A stretch of 64,000 nt of DNA from an uncultured Bacteroidota bacterium (GCA_963782985.1 CAWALU010000011.1:97747-161746), one strand, 5' to 3'. Positions 36,915-45,978 are shown, counted from the stretch's first letter. Numbers and translations are program-made. The notes: generated by a model from the letters alone, not told the origin.

Positions 36915-38204
36915 ATGTCTCGATTCGCAACCATCGACAGAGCTAAACCAATGTCTGCAGTTTTAAAAGTTGTAGGTATTGGAGGCGGCGGCTGTAACGC
37001 TATTGAAAGCATGATTACGCGCGGCTTAACCGGAGTTGAATATATTGCGGTAAATACCGACGCTCAAGTTCTTAACAGCAGCAGCGCAACGCACAAAATA
37101 CAAGTTGGGATGAGCATTACGCGCGGGCTAGGCGCAGGCGCCGATCCTAATGTAGGTAAAAAATCTTTAGAAGAAGACAGAGAAAAGATTGCGGAGATTC
37201 TTGCAGGCAGCGATATGGTTTTTGTAACCGCAGGCATGGGCGGCGGCACCGGCACTGGAGGCGCGCCTGTTATTGCTTCAATTGCAAAAAGCATCGGCTC
37301 ATTAGTAGTCGGAATTGTTACCAAGCCTTTTAGGTGGGAAGGTAAAAAGAGAATGCTGAATGCCGAAACAGGAATACAGGAATTAAAACAGCATGTTGAT
37401 AGTTTAATTGTTATTCCTAATGAAAGACTGCTAAATATTATTGATAAAAATATGAATGCGTTTGCGGCTTTCGATAAACCCAATGAAGTGCTTTATGAAG
37501 CTACCAGAGGCATTGCCGATATAATTACGGTGGAAGGATTAATTAACGTTGACTTTGCCGATGTTAGATCAGTGATGAACCAAAGCGGCGAAGCTTTAAT
37601 GGGATGCGGAATTGCCAGCGGTGAAAACAGAGCGATTGAAGCCGCACAAAAAGCTATTTCAAGTCCGCTGTTAGAAGGTATAAATATTAAAGGCGCTAAA
37701 AGCGTTCTGTTGAATGTTACTGGTTCCAGCAATCTTACTATGCAGGAAATTAACGAAGGGAACAATGTTATTTTTGACGCCGCCGGCGAAGAAGCAAATG
37801 TAATTTTCGGCTGCGTAAGAAAAGAAGAGATGAATGATTATGTCTCTTACACAGTTATAGCAACAGGATTTGACGGCGCGCAAAAAGTATATTCAACAAA
37901 AAATTCAAAATCGCAGACCACTCCTCAAAAAGAAAAAGATATTTACAGAGGCGGATTTGCTTTCTTAGAAAATAAAGATGTTGATTCTGAAGATTTAGAT
38001 GTGCCGACAATCTTAAGAGTTAAAAGTCCTAAATCTACTTTAGAGACAAAAGACAACAACGAAGAAGCATTGCCAACCAGCGGTTTTAAATTTGACGATT
38101 CAAGATATAACTGGAATAAAGATAGAAAAGAAAAAGCTAACATAGAAAAAGATAATAATGATGAAGAAGATAGTTCTTCATTTTTGCGAATGATTATGGA
38201 TTAA
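36915..38204 (+). CDS. ftsZ: Cell division GTPase FtsZ
   Basis: 'GIGGGGCNA', tubulin signature 'GMGGGTGTGGAPVIA', T7 loop 'NVDFADV'. A long disordered linker ends in a C-terminal 'SSFLRMIMD' peptide. AGGAGG lies upstream. Confidence 0.97.
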   Translation: MSRFATIDRAKPMSAVLKVVGIGGGGCNAIESMITRGLTGVEYIAVNTDAQVLNSSSATHKIQVGMSITRGLGAGADPNVGKKSLEEDREKIAEILAGSDMVFVTAGMGGGTGTGGAPVIASIAKSIGSLVVGIVTKPFRWEGKKRMLNAETGIQELKQHVDSLIVIPNERLLNIIDKNMNAFAAFDKPNEVLYEATRGIADIITVEGLINVDFADVRSVMNQSGEALMGCGIASGENRAIEAAQKAISSPLLEGINIKGAKSVLLNVTGSSNLTMQEINEGNNVIFDAAGEEANVIFGCVRKEEMNDYVSYTVIATGFDGAQKVYSTKNSKSQTTPQKEKDIYRGGFAFLENKDVDSEDLDVPTILRVKSPKSTLETKDNNEEALPTSGFKFDDSRYNWNKDRKEKANIEKDNNDEEDSSSFLRMIMD

Positions 38205-38263
38205 CTAATCATCAAAAATAAATAGTTGACGTTTGACCAACATCAATGTTAAGGAGTTCGCTT

Positions 38264-38392
38264 ATGAACTTTCTCGAAATTTGCGGCGTTGTGTTTATTG
38301 CTGTAATTATTATAAATGGGCTGGTAGGATTTATCGCCTTAAAATCTGCAAAAAGCATTAATGAAGATTCGAAAATAACACAGCTTACATAA
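38264..38392 (+). CDS. 42-aa single-TM micro-ORF immediately downstream of ftsZ
   Basis: Not in the ORF track. Hand translation gives 'MNFLEICGVVFIAVIIINGLVGFIALKSAKSINEDSKITQLT*'. AAGGAG at 38251-38256 lies 7 nt upstream of the ATG. Confidence 0.4.
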   Translation: MNFLEICGVVFIAVIIINGLVGFIALKSAKSINEDSKITQLT

Positions 38393-38410
38393 ACGAATTT
38401 CTATATTTTA

Positions 38411-38626
38411 TTATTCGTCGCTGGGTCTAGATTCGATAGAAACGGAATTTTCTTCTTCCACACTTTCCACATTATTATCTACTGTAATAATTATTCTGTT
38501 GGGGCGGCAGCAAATACTGCAGTCTTCCACAAAATCCTGCTTACCATTAATTGTTAAATCAACCCAAACAAAATTTTTTACGCCGCAATATTGGCATACC
38601 CACGATAGTTCATCATCTGTTTGCAT
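38411..38626 (-). CDS. CPXCG-motif cysteine-rich zinc-ribbon protein
   Basis: 71 aa. 'CQYCGVKNFVWVDL...EDCSICCRPN' matches the CPXCG ... CxxCC(R/H)P family pattern. Confidence 0.7.
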   Translation of the reverse strand: MQTDDELSWVCQYCGVKNFVWVDLTINGKQDFVEDCSICCRPNRIIITVDNNVESVEEENSVSIESRPSDE

Positions 38627-38722
38627 AACATCTTCTCCTAAAACTAAATTAAACTTAACCCCAATTTATTAATAATTTTATTAGAGTAAATACCAAACAA
38701 TTTCTATTTCCATAAATATTTT

Positions 38723-39220
38723 TTATTTCATATTTACGTACTGAGTGGGAAAATCTAATTCAGCATCCTTTACCATTTGAATTACAGTTTGCAAATCGTC
38801 AATCTTTGCGCCCTGGACTCTCACTTGTTCATCTTGAATTTGAGCGTTTACTTTTAACTTCGATTCTTTAATAAGCGAAGTAATTTTTTTTGCGTTCTCT
38901 TTTGAGATACCGCTTTGAAGATCAATCTTTTGTTTTACTCTTCCCCCGGAAGCTGTTTCGGATTCATTCATTTTTAATACTTTGATTGAAATTCCTCTTT
39001 TTATAAATTTCGATTGAAGAATGTCAACGCTTGCCTTTAACGCATAATCATCTTTAGAGTTTATATTTATTAACTTATCTTTTTTATTTAATTCTATTGT
39101 AGTGTGAGAATCTTTTAAATCGTAACGCTGATTAATTTCTTTAATAGCCTGGTTTACCGCGTTATCGGTTTCCTGAAGATCAATTTCAGAAACAATGTCA
39201 AACGAATGATTTTGTGCCAT
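38723..39220 (-). CDS. yajQ: YajQ family nucleotide (cyclic di-GMP)-binding protein
   Basis: 165 aa. 'SFDIVSEIDLQETDNAVNQAIKEINQRYDLKDS' is the canonical UPF0234/YajQ N-terminus. Confidence 0.9.
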   Translation of the reverse strand: MAQNHSFDIVSEIDLQETDNAVNQAIKEINQRYDLKDSHTTIELNKKDKLININSKDDYALKASVDILQSKFIKRGISIKVLKMNESETASGGRVKQKIDLQSGISKENAKKITSLIKESKLKVNAQIQDEQVRVQGAKIDDLQTVIQMVKDAELDFPTQYVNMK

Positions 39221-39381
39221 TGATAGACCTGTTAATTTTTAAAATTATTGCTTGAGCCGAATGTATAATTTGATTTTATAAGTGTCAAGATTTTAAAATT
39301 ATATTTCAGTAAAAGAAGAATAGCCTCACATAAATTTAATATTTTATGGTAAGCATTTTATTATTTTTTTAAGACTAATAA

Positions 39382-40512
39382 ATGAATTTTAAAACTCCAG
39401 CGCGGCTATCTATAATAATTCCGTGCTACAATGAAGCAGCCACGTTAGAAAAATGCGTTGAAAAAGTTTTGGCGATTGAAGATGAACATCTAAATTTAGA
39501 AATAATAATAGTTGATGACTGCTCAACCGATGAAAGCGTTGTTATTGGCGAGAAACTTGCTGAAAAATATTTCTCAAATAAAATTTATTTCAGACATAAA
39601 ATAAATAAAGGCAAAGGTGCAGCGTTAAGAACCGGTTTTGAAAAGGCGGGCGGAGAAATTATAGCAATTCAAGATGCTGATTTGGAATATGATCCCAACG
39701 AACTTAAAAAGTTAATACTTCCAATAATTAATGATGAAGCCGAAGTGGTTCTCGGTTCGCGTTTTTTAACTGATAGACCGCATAGAGTTTTATATTTCTG
39801 GCATTCGCTGGGGAATAAATTTTTAACTTTTCTCTCCAATATGTTTACCGATTTAAATTTAACCGATATGGAAACATGCTATAAAGTTTTCCGAAGCGAT
39901 ATTATTAAGTCTGTGCTAATTGAGGAAGATAGATTTGGTTTCGAACCTGAAATAATTGCTAAAATTTCCCAAATGCGTGTGCGAATTTTTGAAATGGGAA
40001 TATCGTATTACGGCAGAACTTATGAAGAAGGGAAAAAGATAGGCTTTAAAGATGGCTTGCGGACTTTGTACTGCATTTTCAAATACAATGCTCACAAAGC
40101 GCCATTGCCAATTCAGCTTATGATTTATTTTTTCGCCGGCGGTTTCGCTTCATTGATTAATGTGATTTTGTTTTTAATGATTTATCAGTCTAGTCAAAAT
40201 GTTTTTTATGCAGCACCCGTTTCTTTTTTTGCAGCGGCAGTTATTAATTATTTGATAATTACACAAATTCTTTTTAGGCATAAAGCGAAATGGAAGTCAT
40301 CAACAGAAATTATAATTTATCTTGCAGTTGTTTTTCTTGTTGGTTTGTTTGATTTGTTCGTTACAAAATTTTTACTGGAGATGGGCTGGCTGCCGGTAAT
40401 CTCTAAAATAACGGCAAATATTTTAGGATTTATTTTAAATTTTAGCGGGCGAAAATTTATTGTTTTTCCTGAATCTTCAAGCGGACCCTGGCAGCCGCAA
40501 ATAAAGAAATGA
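39382..40512 (+). CDS. Family 2 glycosyltransferase (polyprenyl-phosphate sugar synthase type) fused to a GtrA-like 4-TM domain
   Basis: 'LSIIIPCYNEA', 'IIIVDDCSTDES', 'KGKGAALRTG', 'IQDADLEYDP'. The C-terminal ~130 aa form four hydrophobic helices, as in GtrA. Confidence 0.85.
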   Translation: MNFKTPARLSIIIPCYNEAATLEKCVEKVLAIEDEHLNLEIIIVDDCSTDESVVIGEKLAEKYFSNKIYFRHKINKGKGAALRTGFEKAGGEIIAIQDADLEYDPNELKKLILPIINDEAEVVLGSRFLTDRPHRVLYFWHSLGNKFLTFLSNMFTDLNLTDMETCYKVFRSDIIKSVLIEEDRFGFEPEIIAKISQMRVRIFEMGISYYGRTYEEGKKIGFKDGLRTLYCIFKYNAHKAPLPIQLMIYFFAGGFASLINVILFLMIYQSSQNVFYAAPVSFFAAAVINYLIITQILFRHKAKWKSSTEIIIYLAVVFLVGLFDLFVTKFLLEMGWLPVISKITANILGFILNFSGRKFIVFPESSSGPWQPQIKK

Positions 40513-40520
40513 AATAACAA

Positions 40521-42032
40521 TTGACTAAATCCTCTATTTATTCTAAATATAAAATTTTATTAATTGGAATAATTATATTCATAATTTTATATGGAATTAT
40601 AAATTCATTTCTCCTTACAAAATTCTCATCTTTTGATGAAGATGAATTTCAGCATGTTCATATTGCGTGGAATATTTTTAATGGTAAAATTTTATATAAA
40701 GATTTTTTTGAACATCACGGTCCAATTTATTCTTTATTAAACGGATTAATTTTTAAGAGCTATAATTTATCGCCTTCCTTTAACTCGATTTTTATTTTAA
40801 GATATATAAGCTTTGTCTGCATGCTGGCGCTGCTATTAATTAGTTTTTTAATCGGTAAAGAATTCTTCAAATCTAGTTTATGGGGGATAATTTCCGTCGC
40901 CATTCTTTCAAGTTTAATTTTTTTCCAGGATTCTGCGACAGAAATTAGACCCGATATAATCCAAAATATTTTTTGGCTTACCGGCTTTTTACTTTTGCTG
41001 AAAAGCTTATCACACTACTCTAGTTTGAAAAATTATTTTGCCGGGATATTTTTCGGGTTGGCAATTCTTACAAATTCAAAAGCCGCGCTGGGTCCTTTTG
41101 CGGTAATAATATTTTTTTTGGTTTTTTATTTTTTAAAAAAATCAGAATTGAAAAAAATATTAAAATCCATTTCATTATTATTTATTGGGGGTATTACTTC
41201 ATTCATTCTAATTTCAGTATACTTTATAATTAATAAATCATTTACCGAATTTCTATTTTATAATTTTGAATTCAACTTAATTGCCATATTAAAATATCAC
41301 TCGCAGCAAGCGCCATATTATGTTAAACAAATGATTTTTAAGCAGCCTGTGTTTTTAATTTTCACCTTAATTGGAATTTATCTACTTGGTAAGAAAATAG
41401 TTCAAAATTATAAAAGTGATTTTATTGATCACTCAAAAGCAGAATTGTATTTATTAGTGGTTTCTGTAGTCACTGCATTCAGCGCATTGCTTGGCATGTA
41501 TATGCAGCACTATTTACAATTTTTAACACTGCTTTCTATTTTCACCGTTTATGCAATAAAGGAATTGTACAGAATTCTTTACGAAAATAAATTGATATCC
41601 CATAAATTAATTTATGTGGTCAGCATATTTATTTTAACATTTAATTTAATTTATGCTGAGTATAAAGAAACTCCTTTGAAGAAATCGGTAAAGCTTATAA
41701 GTCAGGAAAAATTAACTACTTTTATTTTGCAAAATACGAATAGAGCCGAGCCAATATTATTTATCTGGAATAACTGCGGTGGGTTTATGTTTAATGAGGA
41801 TATACAATATTATTGGATGGAGAATGAAGGCTTTGGGAAATATTTTAATAAGATAAATGGATATGAAGTCTTTGGTGATTCATTAATAACAAACATGAAA
41901 ACCAAAAAAGTAAATTATATTATTGCAGGCGAAGATGAACTTAAAAATGTTTTATCAAAAGACGCACTATCATACATCAAAGATAATTACACAGCAAATT
42001 ATAACGGTTATAAATGCCTTTGGAAAAAATAA
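40521..42032 (+). CDS. GT-C fold (ArnT/PMT-like, GT39/83-type) integral membrane glycosyltransferase
   Basis: 503 aa with more than 10 TM helices. The first periplasmic loop has an acidic 'FDEDEFQHVHIAWN' motif in the position of the GT-C DExx motif. It has a TTG start and lies 8 nt downstream of the GT2 gene. Confidence 0.55.
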   Translation: MTKSSIYSKYKILLIGIIIFIILYGIINSFLLTKFSSFDEDEFQHVHIAWNIFNGKILYKDFFEHHGPIYSLLNGLIFKSYNLSPSFNSIFILRYISFVCMLALLLISFLIGKEFFKSSLWGIISVAILSSLIFFQDSATEIRPDIIQNIFWLTGFLLLLKSLSHYSSLKNYFAGIFFGLAILTNSKAALGPFAVIIFFLVFYFLKKSELKKILKSISLLFIGGITSFILISVYFIINKSFTEFLFYNFEFNLIAILKYHSQQAPYYVKQMIFKQPVFLIFTLIGIYLLGKKIVQNYKSDFIDHSKAELYLLVVSVVTAFSALLGMYMQHYLQFLTLLSIFTVYAIKELYRILYENKLISHKLIYVVSIFILTFNLIYAEYKETPLKKSVKLISQEKLTTFILQNTNRAEPILFIWNNCGGFMFNEDIQYYWMENEGFGKYFNKINGYEVFGDSLITNMKTKKVNYIIAGEDELKNVLSKDALSYIKDNYTANYNGYKCLWKK

Positions 42033-42043
42033 TTATGCAGTTG

Positions 42044-42439
42044 TTATGAGCCTTTTTTAATTTTAATTTTTCTGCCAAAGTAAGTTAAATCCATAGTAGT
42101 ATCACTTGTAATTGTTCCAATAAATTTTACATCTCTGCTATCTCTTAGTGAATTAAATTCAATATTTCGATTTGTAAAAACTCCGATTATTTGGGAGTCA
42201 AAAATATTTGAATCAGGGTAATTTTCGGAACCTTTAAACAAACCGTGATTTACATTCCTATCACTCTGCTGAAGCTGAAAAGTATGCGTCTCGGCATTTA
42301 CGTCATGCCAAATATTATCAAAATTAGGAACGAAATCACCACCGGAATCAACCGGGTTTTCATCTGTAGTTGTACAAGAGCTTAGGCTAAAAAAAATAAA
42401 AAAGAATATTATGGAATAAATAATTTTTAAAGCTTTCAT
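42044..42439 (-). CDS. Small lipoprotein, unknown function
   Basis: 131 aa with a lipobox-like 'FSLSSC' after a hydrophobic signal sequence. It is the last gene of a three-gene minus-strand operon. Confidence 0.6.
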   Translation of the reverse strand: MKALKIIYSIIFFFIFFSLSSCTTTDENPVDSGGDFVPNFDNIWHDVNAETHTFQLQQSDRNVNHGLFKGSENYPDSNIFDSQIIGVFTNRNIEFNSLRDSRDVKFIGTITSDTTMDLTYFGRKIKIKKGS

Positions 42440-42460
42440 ATTTTCACCTCTTAATTTAAT

Positions 42461-43450
42461 TCAAATCGAGTCTTTTAATTTTATAATCAATTTATTCGCT
42501 TTTTTTTCAAAAATTGGGATTCTAATTTCCATTTCGCGAACTATTGAACTTATCCCATCGGAAATATTTATTTTTAATTTATCCTTTTCATCAATATCAG
42601 AAATATTATTTCTCACTATTTTATTTATTCCAACAATATAATCATTCAGCCTTAGAATATATGGTTTATGAATTTCATCCAGTGCATAATCAATAGTTAT
42701 TAAAAACTCTTCAGCCAGGTTTTCATTTAACCAATATTCACTAATGTCTTTTTGAAAAATATATTTGGAATTATTTATTTCGTTAAAGGCATTGTTATAT
42801 TCCTCAATTGATTTAATTAAAGTTTTAGTGGCTAAAATATCATTAAAAGCAAGCTGAGTAATTAATTTGAAATCGTCTTTGCTGTTTTGAAGTTTACCAA
42901 TATAATTCAAAATTGCTTTTGAAATTATATCAAATTTTTCACGCTTCTTTTCATTCAATATAGCATTGCGTAAACTATCTTTTTGTACATCATACTGCGG
43001 AGCTTCTTTTTTGATATAATTCTCAACCAAATTTTTTAATTCATCTTTCGCAACACCGATATCTTTAAGCAGCGATTCTAATTTATTATAGTTCTTTGCA
43101 GCATAGTCTAACTTTTCAGCCTTTTGTGTCTCGGCGCTTTTTACCACAATCTTAGTAATTTCATTCCTGTTACTTGGTATTATTATTCTATTATCAAATG
43201 GATAAAGCAATAACCATTCTTTATCGGCGATTTCTAATTCTACTGAAGTTATTTCTTCCGGCAATTCAATTATAAATTCACCGGAGTTAGTGGTAGTCAC
43301 AGTTCCAATGGTAGAAAATCTAATAGAAATATTTTTTACGGGATTTTTCTTCTCATCAAAAACCTTTCCTTTTAAGGTGATGGTTTGTGGAAGAATAAAC
43401 TTTGTATTTATACTTACAATTAAAAAAATAATTAATGAAATTGTTTTCAT
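42461..43450 (-). CDS. Secreted protein with an N-terminal carboxypeptidase-regulatory-like (Ig/transthyretin-like) domain and a long helical domain
   Basis: 329 aa with a signal peptide. 'ITLKGKVFDEKKNPVKNISIRFSTIG.VTTTNSGEFIIEL' is a CarboxypepD_reg-type beta-sandwich. The remaining ~220 aa are predicted helical or coiled coil. Confidence 0.5.
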   Translation of the reverse strand: MKTISLIIFLIVSINTKFILPQTITLKGKVFDEKKNPVKNISIRFSTIGTVTTTNSGEFIIELPEEITSVELEIADKEWLLLYPFDNRIIIPSNRNEITKIVVKSAETQKAEKLDYAAKNYNKLESLLKDIGVAKDELKNLVENYIKKEAPQYDVQKDSLRNAILNEKKREKFDIISKAILNYIGKLQNSKDDFKLITQLAFNDILATKTLIKSIEEYNNAFNEINNSKYIFQKDISEYWLNENLAEEFLITIDYALDEIHKPYILRLNDYIVGINKIVRNNISDIDEKDKLKINISDGISSIVREMEIRIPIFEKKANKLIIKLKDSI

Positions 43451-43454
43451 TAAT

Positions 43455-44276
43455 CTATTTAAATTTGATTATTAAAGAATTATTCTCCGGGATAGTAACA
43501 AATTCATTGTAGCCTATTTTTCCATTTTTTGAAGCAAGTAGAAGAATTGAAGCGCCAATTGGCCTGGGAATATTGACATTAAACCTGCCTGAATTATCTG
43601 TTAAATCCGAAGCTAATCCGCTCTCAAAATCAATCAATACACCCGGCAATGTATTACCTAAAGAGTCAATAACTGTTCCCCGCACTCTGGTTGAATCTTT
43701 TTTCGGCGTAAGCTGAAGGTAAACTACTTTATCTTCAGGAATTGAAATCGGGTTTTGATTTTTAATCATAAATCCATCAACGTCAGCAATTAAATTAATT
43801 TTTTTGCCCGCAAATTGTGATGAAACTTCTGCAAAAAGAACTTCGCCATTTTCACCAATTTCTCTTTTTAATCTTTGAGAACCCAAGTCTGCAATTATAA
43901 AACCTTTACTTATTTTTTTATTATTATCAGCTTGAACTCTTACGGTAAGAAGAAAAGATGCATCTGGTTTTGCTAAATAAAAACCTCCCAAAATTACTAA
44001 ACAAAAAACAACAACAGGGCCAGAAAGCTTAAGCTTTCCATAAATTTCATTGCTCGTATATTCTGCTAAAGAATTTAATGCGCCAAATAAAAAGGCAGCG
44101 GCACAAAGTCCGATGGGGATTAAAATTATATAGTAAAAAGAAGAAGTAATTCCATAATTAGATAATTTTGAAGAAAATATTATTAGCATGGCAGCGAGAA
44201 CAATAGAAACTAAAAAAGCTGCACCACTTATATAGACCCATGTCAACTTCTGTATTGGCTTATTCATTGTTTCCAT
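43455..44276 (-). CDS. Three-TM membrane protein with C-terminal carboxypeptidase-regulatory-like domain
   Basis: 273 aa with three hydrophobic helices in the first ~100 aa. 'VRGTVIDSLGNTLPGVLIDFESGLASDLTDNSGRFNVNI' is a CarboxypepD_reg-like domain. A 4-nt gap separates it from the next gene. Confidence 0.5.
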   Translation of the reverse strand: METMNKPIQKLTWVYISGAAFLVSIVLAAMLIIFSSKLSNYGITSSFYYIILIPIGLCAAAFLFGALNSLAEYTSNEIYGKLKLSGPVVVFCLVILGGFYLAKPDASFLLTVRVQADNNKKISKGFIIADLGSQRLKREIGENGEVLFAEVSSQFAGKKINLIADVDGFMIKNQNPISIPEDKVVYLQLTPKKDSTRVRGTVIDSLGNTLPGVLIDFESGLASDLTDNSGRFNVNIPRPIGASILLLASKNGKIGYNEFVTIPENNSLIIKFK

Positions 44277-44512
44277 TAATAACTATTAGGTAAGTATTAT
44301 AAATTGTTATAATAATACATTAGAAATTATTAAGAAGCAAAGTAAAGTTTTTGAATAAAATGCTGGGATATCTAGTAGCTGTGGTTAAGAATCTGCTGCA
44401 GTCTATTCGATATGAAAAGGGAGATGAAAAATATCTTCTTGATTTTAATATGAAATATCTATAAACGTGTGTGCATTATATTAGAGCAAAATATAAAATT
44501 ATAAAAGCTGTA

Positions 44513-45223
44513 TTACTTAATCGGCACTTCAATTAAAAGTAATTCGGAATTTGAGTTAGATTTAATTTTAATTTTATCAGTGTCCCAAATTCCAAATCCG
44601 TCACGCGAATTTAAAATTTGATCTTCAATTAAAATACTCCCGCGAATAGAAAATGCATAAACCCCGTTTCCTTTGTCTTTAATTTTATACTCTGTTTCAA
44701 ATCCCTGTTCAAATTCGCCAAGATGAAACCAGGCAGTTTGATAAATCCACAAATTTTCAGTTGAAGGATTTGGAGATACTACTTCAAGCAGTTTATTTTT
44801 ATAATCTGATGGATTAAATTTTTTTTGCTGATAACGCGGCGTAACATTTGTCTTATTAGGAATTACCCAAATTTGGAAAAGTTTAACTTCGGAGTCTTTA
44901 TTTTTATTGAATTCAGAATGCAGAATTCCAGTACCGGCTGACATTACTTGAATTTCATTTTTTTGAATAACACCTGCGTTGCCCATGTTATCTTTATGTT
45001 CTAACTCGCCCTCAATAGGGATGGTTATAATCTCCATATTATCATGCTGATGCATTCCAAATCCTTCTCCGCCTTCAACCGTATCATCATTTAATACTCT
45101 AAGTGAGCCAAAATGAACTCTTTCAGGATTATAATATCCGGCAAAACTAAAAGTGTGATAAGTATTTAACCAGCCGTGGTCAGCATGTCCCCGTGAATTA
45201 GCTTGATGAAAAACAGATTTCAT
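44513..45223 (-). CDS. Pirin family bicupin protein
   Basis: 236 aa. 'RGHADHGWLNTYHTFSFAGYYNPERVHFGSLRVLNDD' and 'GFGMHQHDNMEIITIPIEGELEHKD' match pirin/YhaK-type cupins. Confidence 0.88.
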   Translation of the reverse strand: MKSVFHQANSRGHADHGWLNTYHTFSFAGYYNPERVHFGSLRVLNDDTVEGGEGFGMHQHDNMEIITIPIEGELEHKDNMGNAGVIQKNEIQVMSAGTGILHSEFNKNKDSEVKLFQIWVIPNKTNVTPRYQQKKFNPSDYKNKLLEVVSPNPSTENLWIYQTAWFHLGEFEQGFETEYKIKDKGNGVYAFSIRGSILIEDQILNSRDGFGIWDTDKIKIKSNSNSELLLIEVPIK

Positions 45224-45394
45224 AACATTATCCTTTATTTATATAACCTTATCTTTTTAATCCTTTAATTTAATTTAAAGGAATCACTTAAATTTTATTT
45301 TTAATTGAATTGAATGCCTAAAGATTAATAAAAAAATAATTAAAAATGAAGTAAGGAGTGATTAGTTAGAATCTATTCAAAACAATAAATCTTA

Positions 45395-45624
45395 TCCGGG
45401 TGGGAGATTCGAACTGGGGACCTTCCCGATAGAATCGGGACGCGCTAACCGTGAAATAAAAAAATAAAAGTCGGGGTGGGGAGATTCGAACTCCCGACCT
45501 TCCCGATAGAATCGGGACGCGCTAACCGTGAAATAAAAAAATAAAAGTCGGGGTGGGGAGATTCGAACTCCCGACCTTCCCGATAGAATCGGGACGCGCT
45601 AACCGTGAAATAAAAAAATAAAAG
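45395..45624 (-). repeat. Three tandem 77-bp units (outermost 76 bp, degenerate), each a 5'-truncated tRNA-Pro-like 3' portion plus a 21-nt A/T spacer
   Basis: Units start at 45395, 45471 and 45548, and the next period (45625) is the intact tRNA-Pro. Units 2 and 3 are identical by eye. On the minus strand each unit reads ACTTTTATTTTTTTATTTCAC + GGTTAGCGCGTCCCGATTCTATCGGGAAGGTCGGGAGTTCGAATCTCCCCACCCCGA. Confidence 0.85.
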
Positions 45625-45699
45625 TCGGGGTGGGGAGATTCGAACTCCCGACCTCTTCGTCCCGAACGAAGCGCGCTAACCGGGCTGCGCTACACCCCG
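45625..45699 (-). tRNA. tRNA-Pro (anticodon CGG)
   Basis: 75-nt cloverleaf on the minus strand: CGGGGTG-TA-GCGC-AGCCCGGTTA-GCGC-G-CTTCG-TTCGGGA-CGAAG-AGGTC-GGGAG-TTCGAAT-CTCCC-CACCCCG-A. Confidence 0.9.
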
Positions 45700-45715
45700 A
45701 AGTGAAGTTTTATAT

Positions 45716-45976
45716 TTAATTTATAAAATATTGTTGATATTTAAATTTGATGTATTCCTTATTTTTTAGTTCCTTTAATTCCAATTCAAACTTATTTGCA
45801 TCAAGTTTTGTATCAAATGGCCGCTTAAAAATTATTTTCCAAGGACCTTTATTTTTTGTTGATTTATTTTGCCCCGAATTATGTTCAATTAATCTTCGGT
45901 CTAAATCATTTGAATGTCCGTAATACCATCTCTTGCTTTTTTCAGATTCAATTATATATGTGAAATATATTTCCAC
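45716..45976 (-). CDS. GIY-YIG nuclease family protein (YhbQ/Slx1-like URI domain, 86 aa)
   Basis: 'YFTYIIESEKSKRWYYGHSNDLDRRLIEHNSG' contains the GIY...YIG...R...E/N core. The GTG start lies 2 nt after the tRNA fragment, whose GGGAAGG sits at Shine-Dalgarno distance. Confidence 0.85.
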   Translation of the reverse strand: MEIYFTYIIESEKSKRWYYGHSNDLDRRLIEHNSGQNKSTKNKGPWKIIFKRPFDTKLDANKFELELKELKNKEYIKFKYQQYFIN

Positions 45977-45978
45977 GA

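Larger units (their letters stand above)
45605..45978 (-). mobile_element. Candidate minimal tRNA-targeting cassette (GIY-YIG nuclease gene + tRNA-Pro(CGG) + spacer) bracketed by ~32-nt direct repeats
   Basis: GGTTAGCGCGTCCCGATTC(A/T)ATCGGGAAGGTC occurs on both sides, at 45979-46011 and 45572-45604. Mobility is inferred only from this architecture. Confidence 0.35.

Noticed and set aside
44360-44464. 34-aa ORF (MLGYLVAVVKNLLQSIRYEKGDEKYLLDFNMKYL) in the 236-bp gap upstream of pirin
   Set aside because: It has no Shine-Dalgarno, no terminator and no recognisable features. It is probably a chance ORF in an A/T-rich promoter region.
45395-45699. Regularly spaced repeats that could be mistaken for a CRISPR array
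   Set aside because: The 'spacers' are an identical 21-nt A/T string in every unit. The 'repeats' are 56-nt tRNA-derived sequences. No cas genes are present. It is a tandem duplication, not a CRISPR array.
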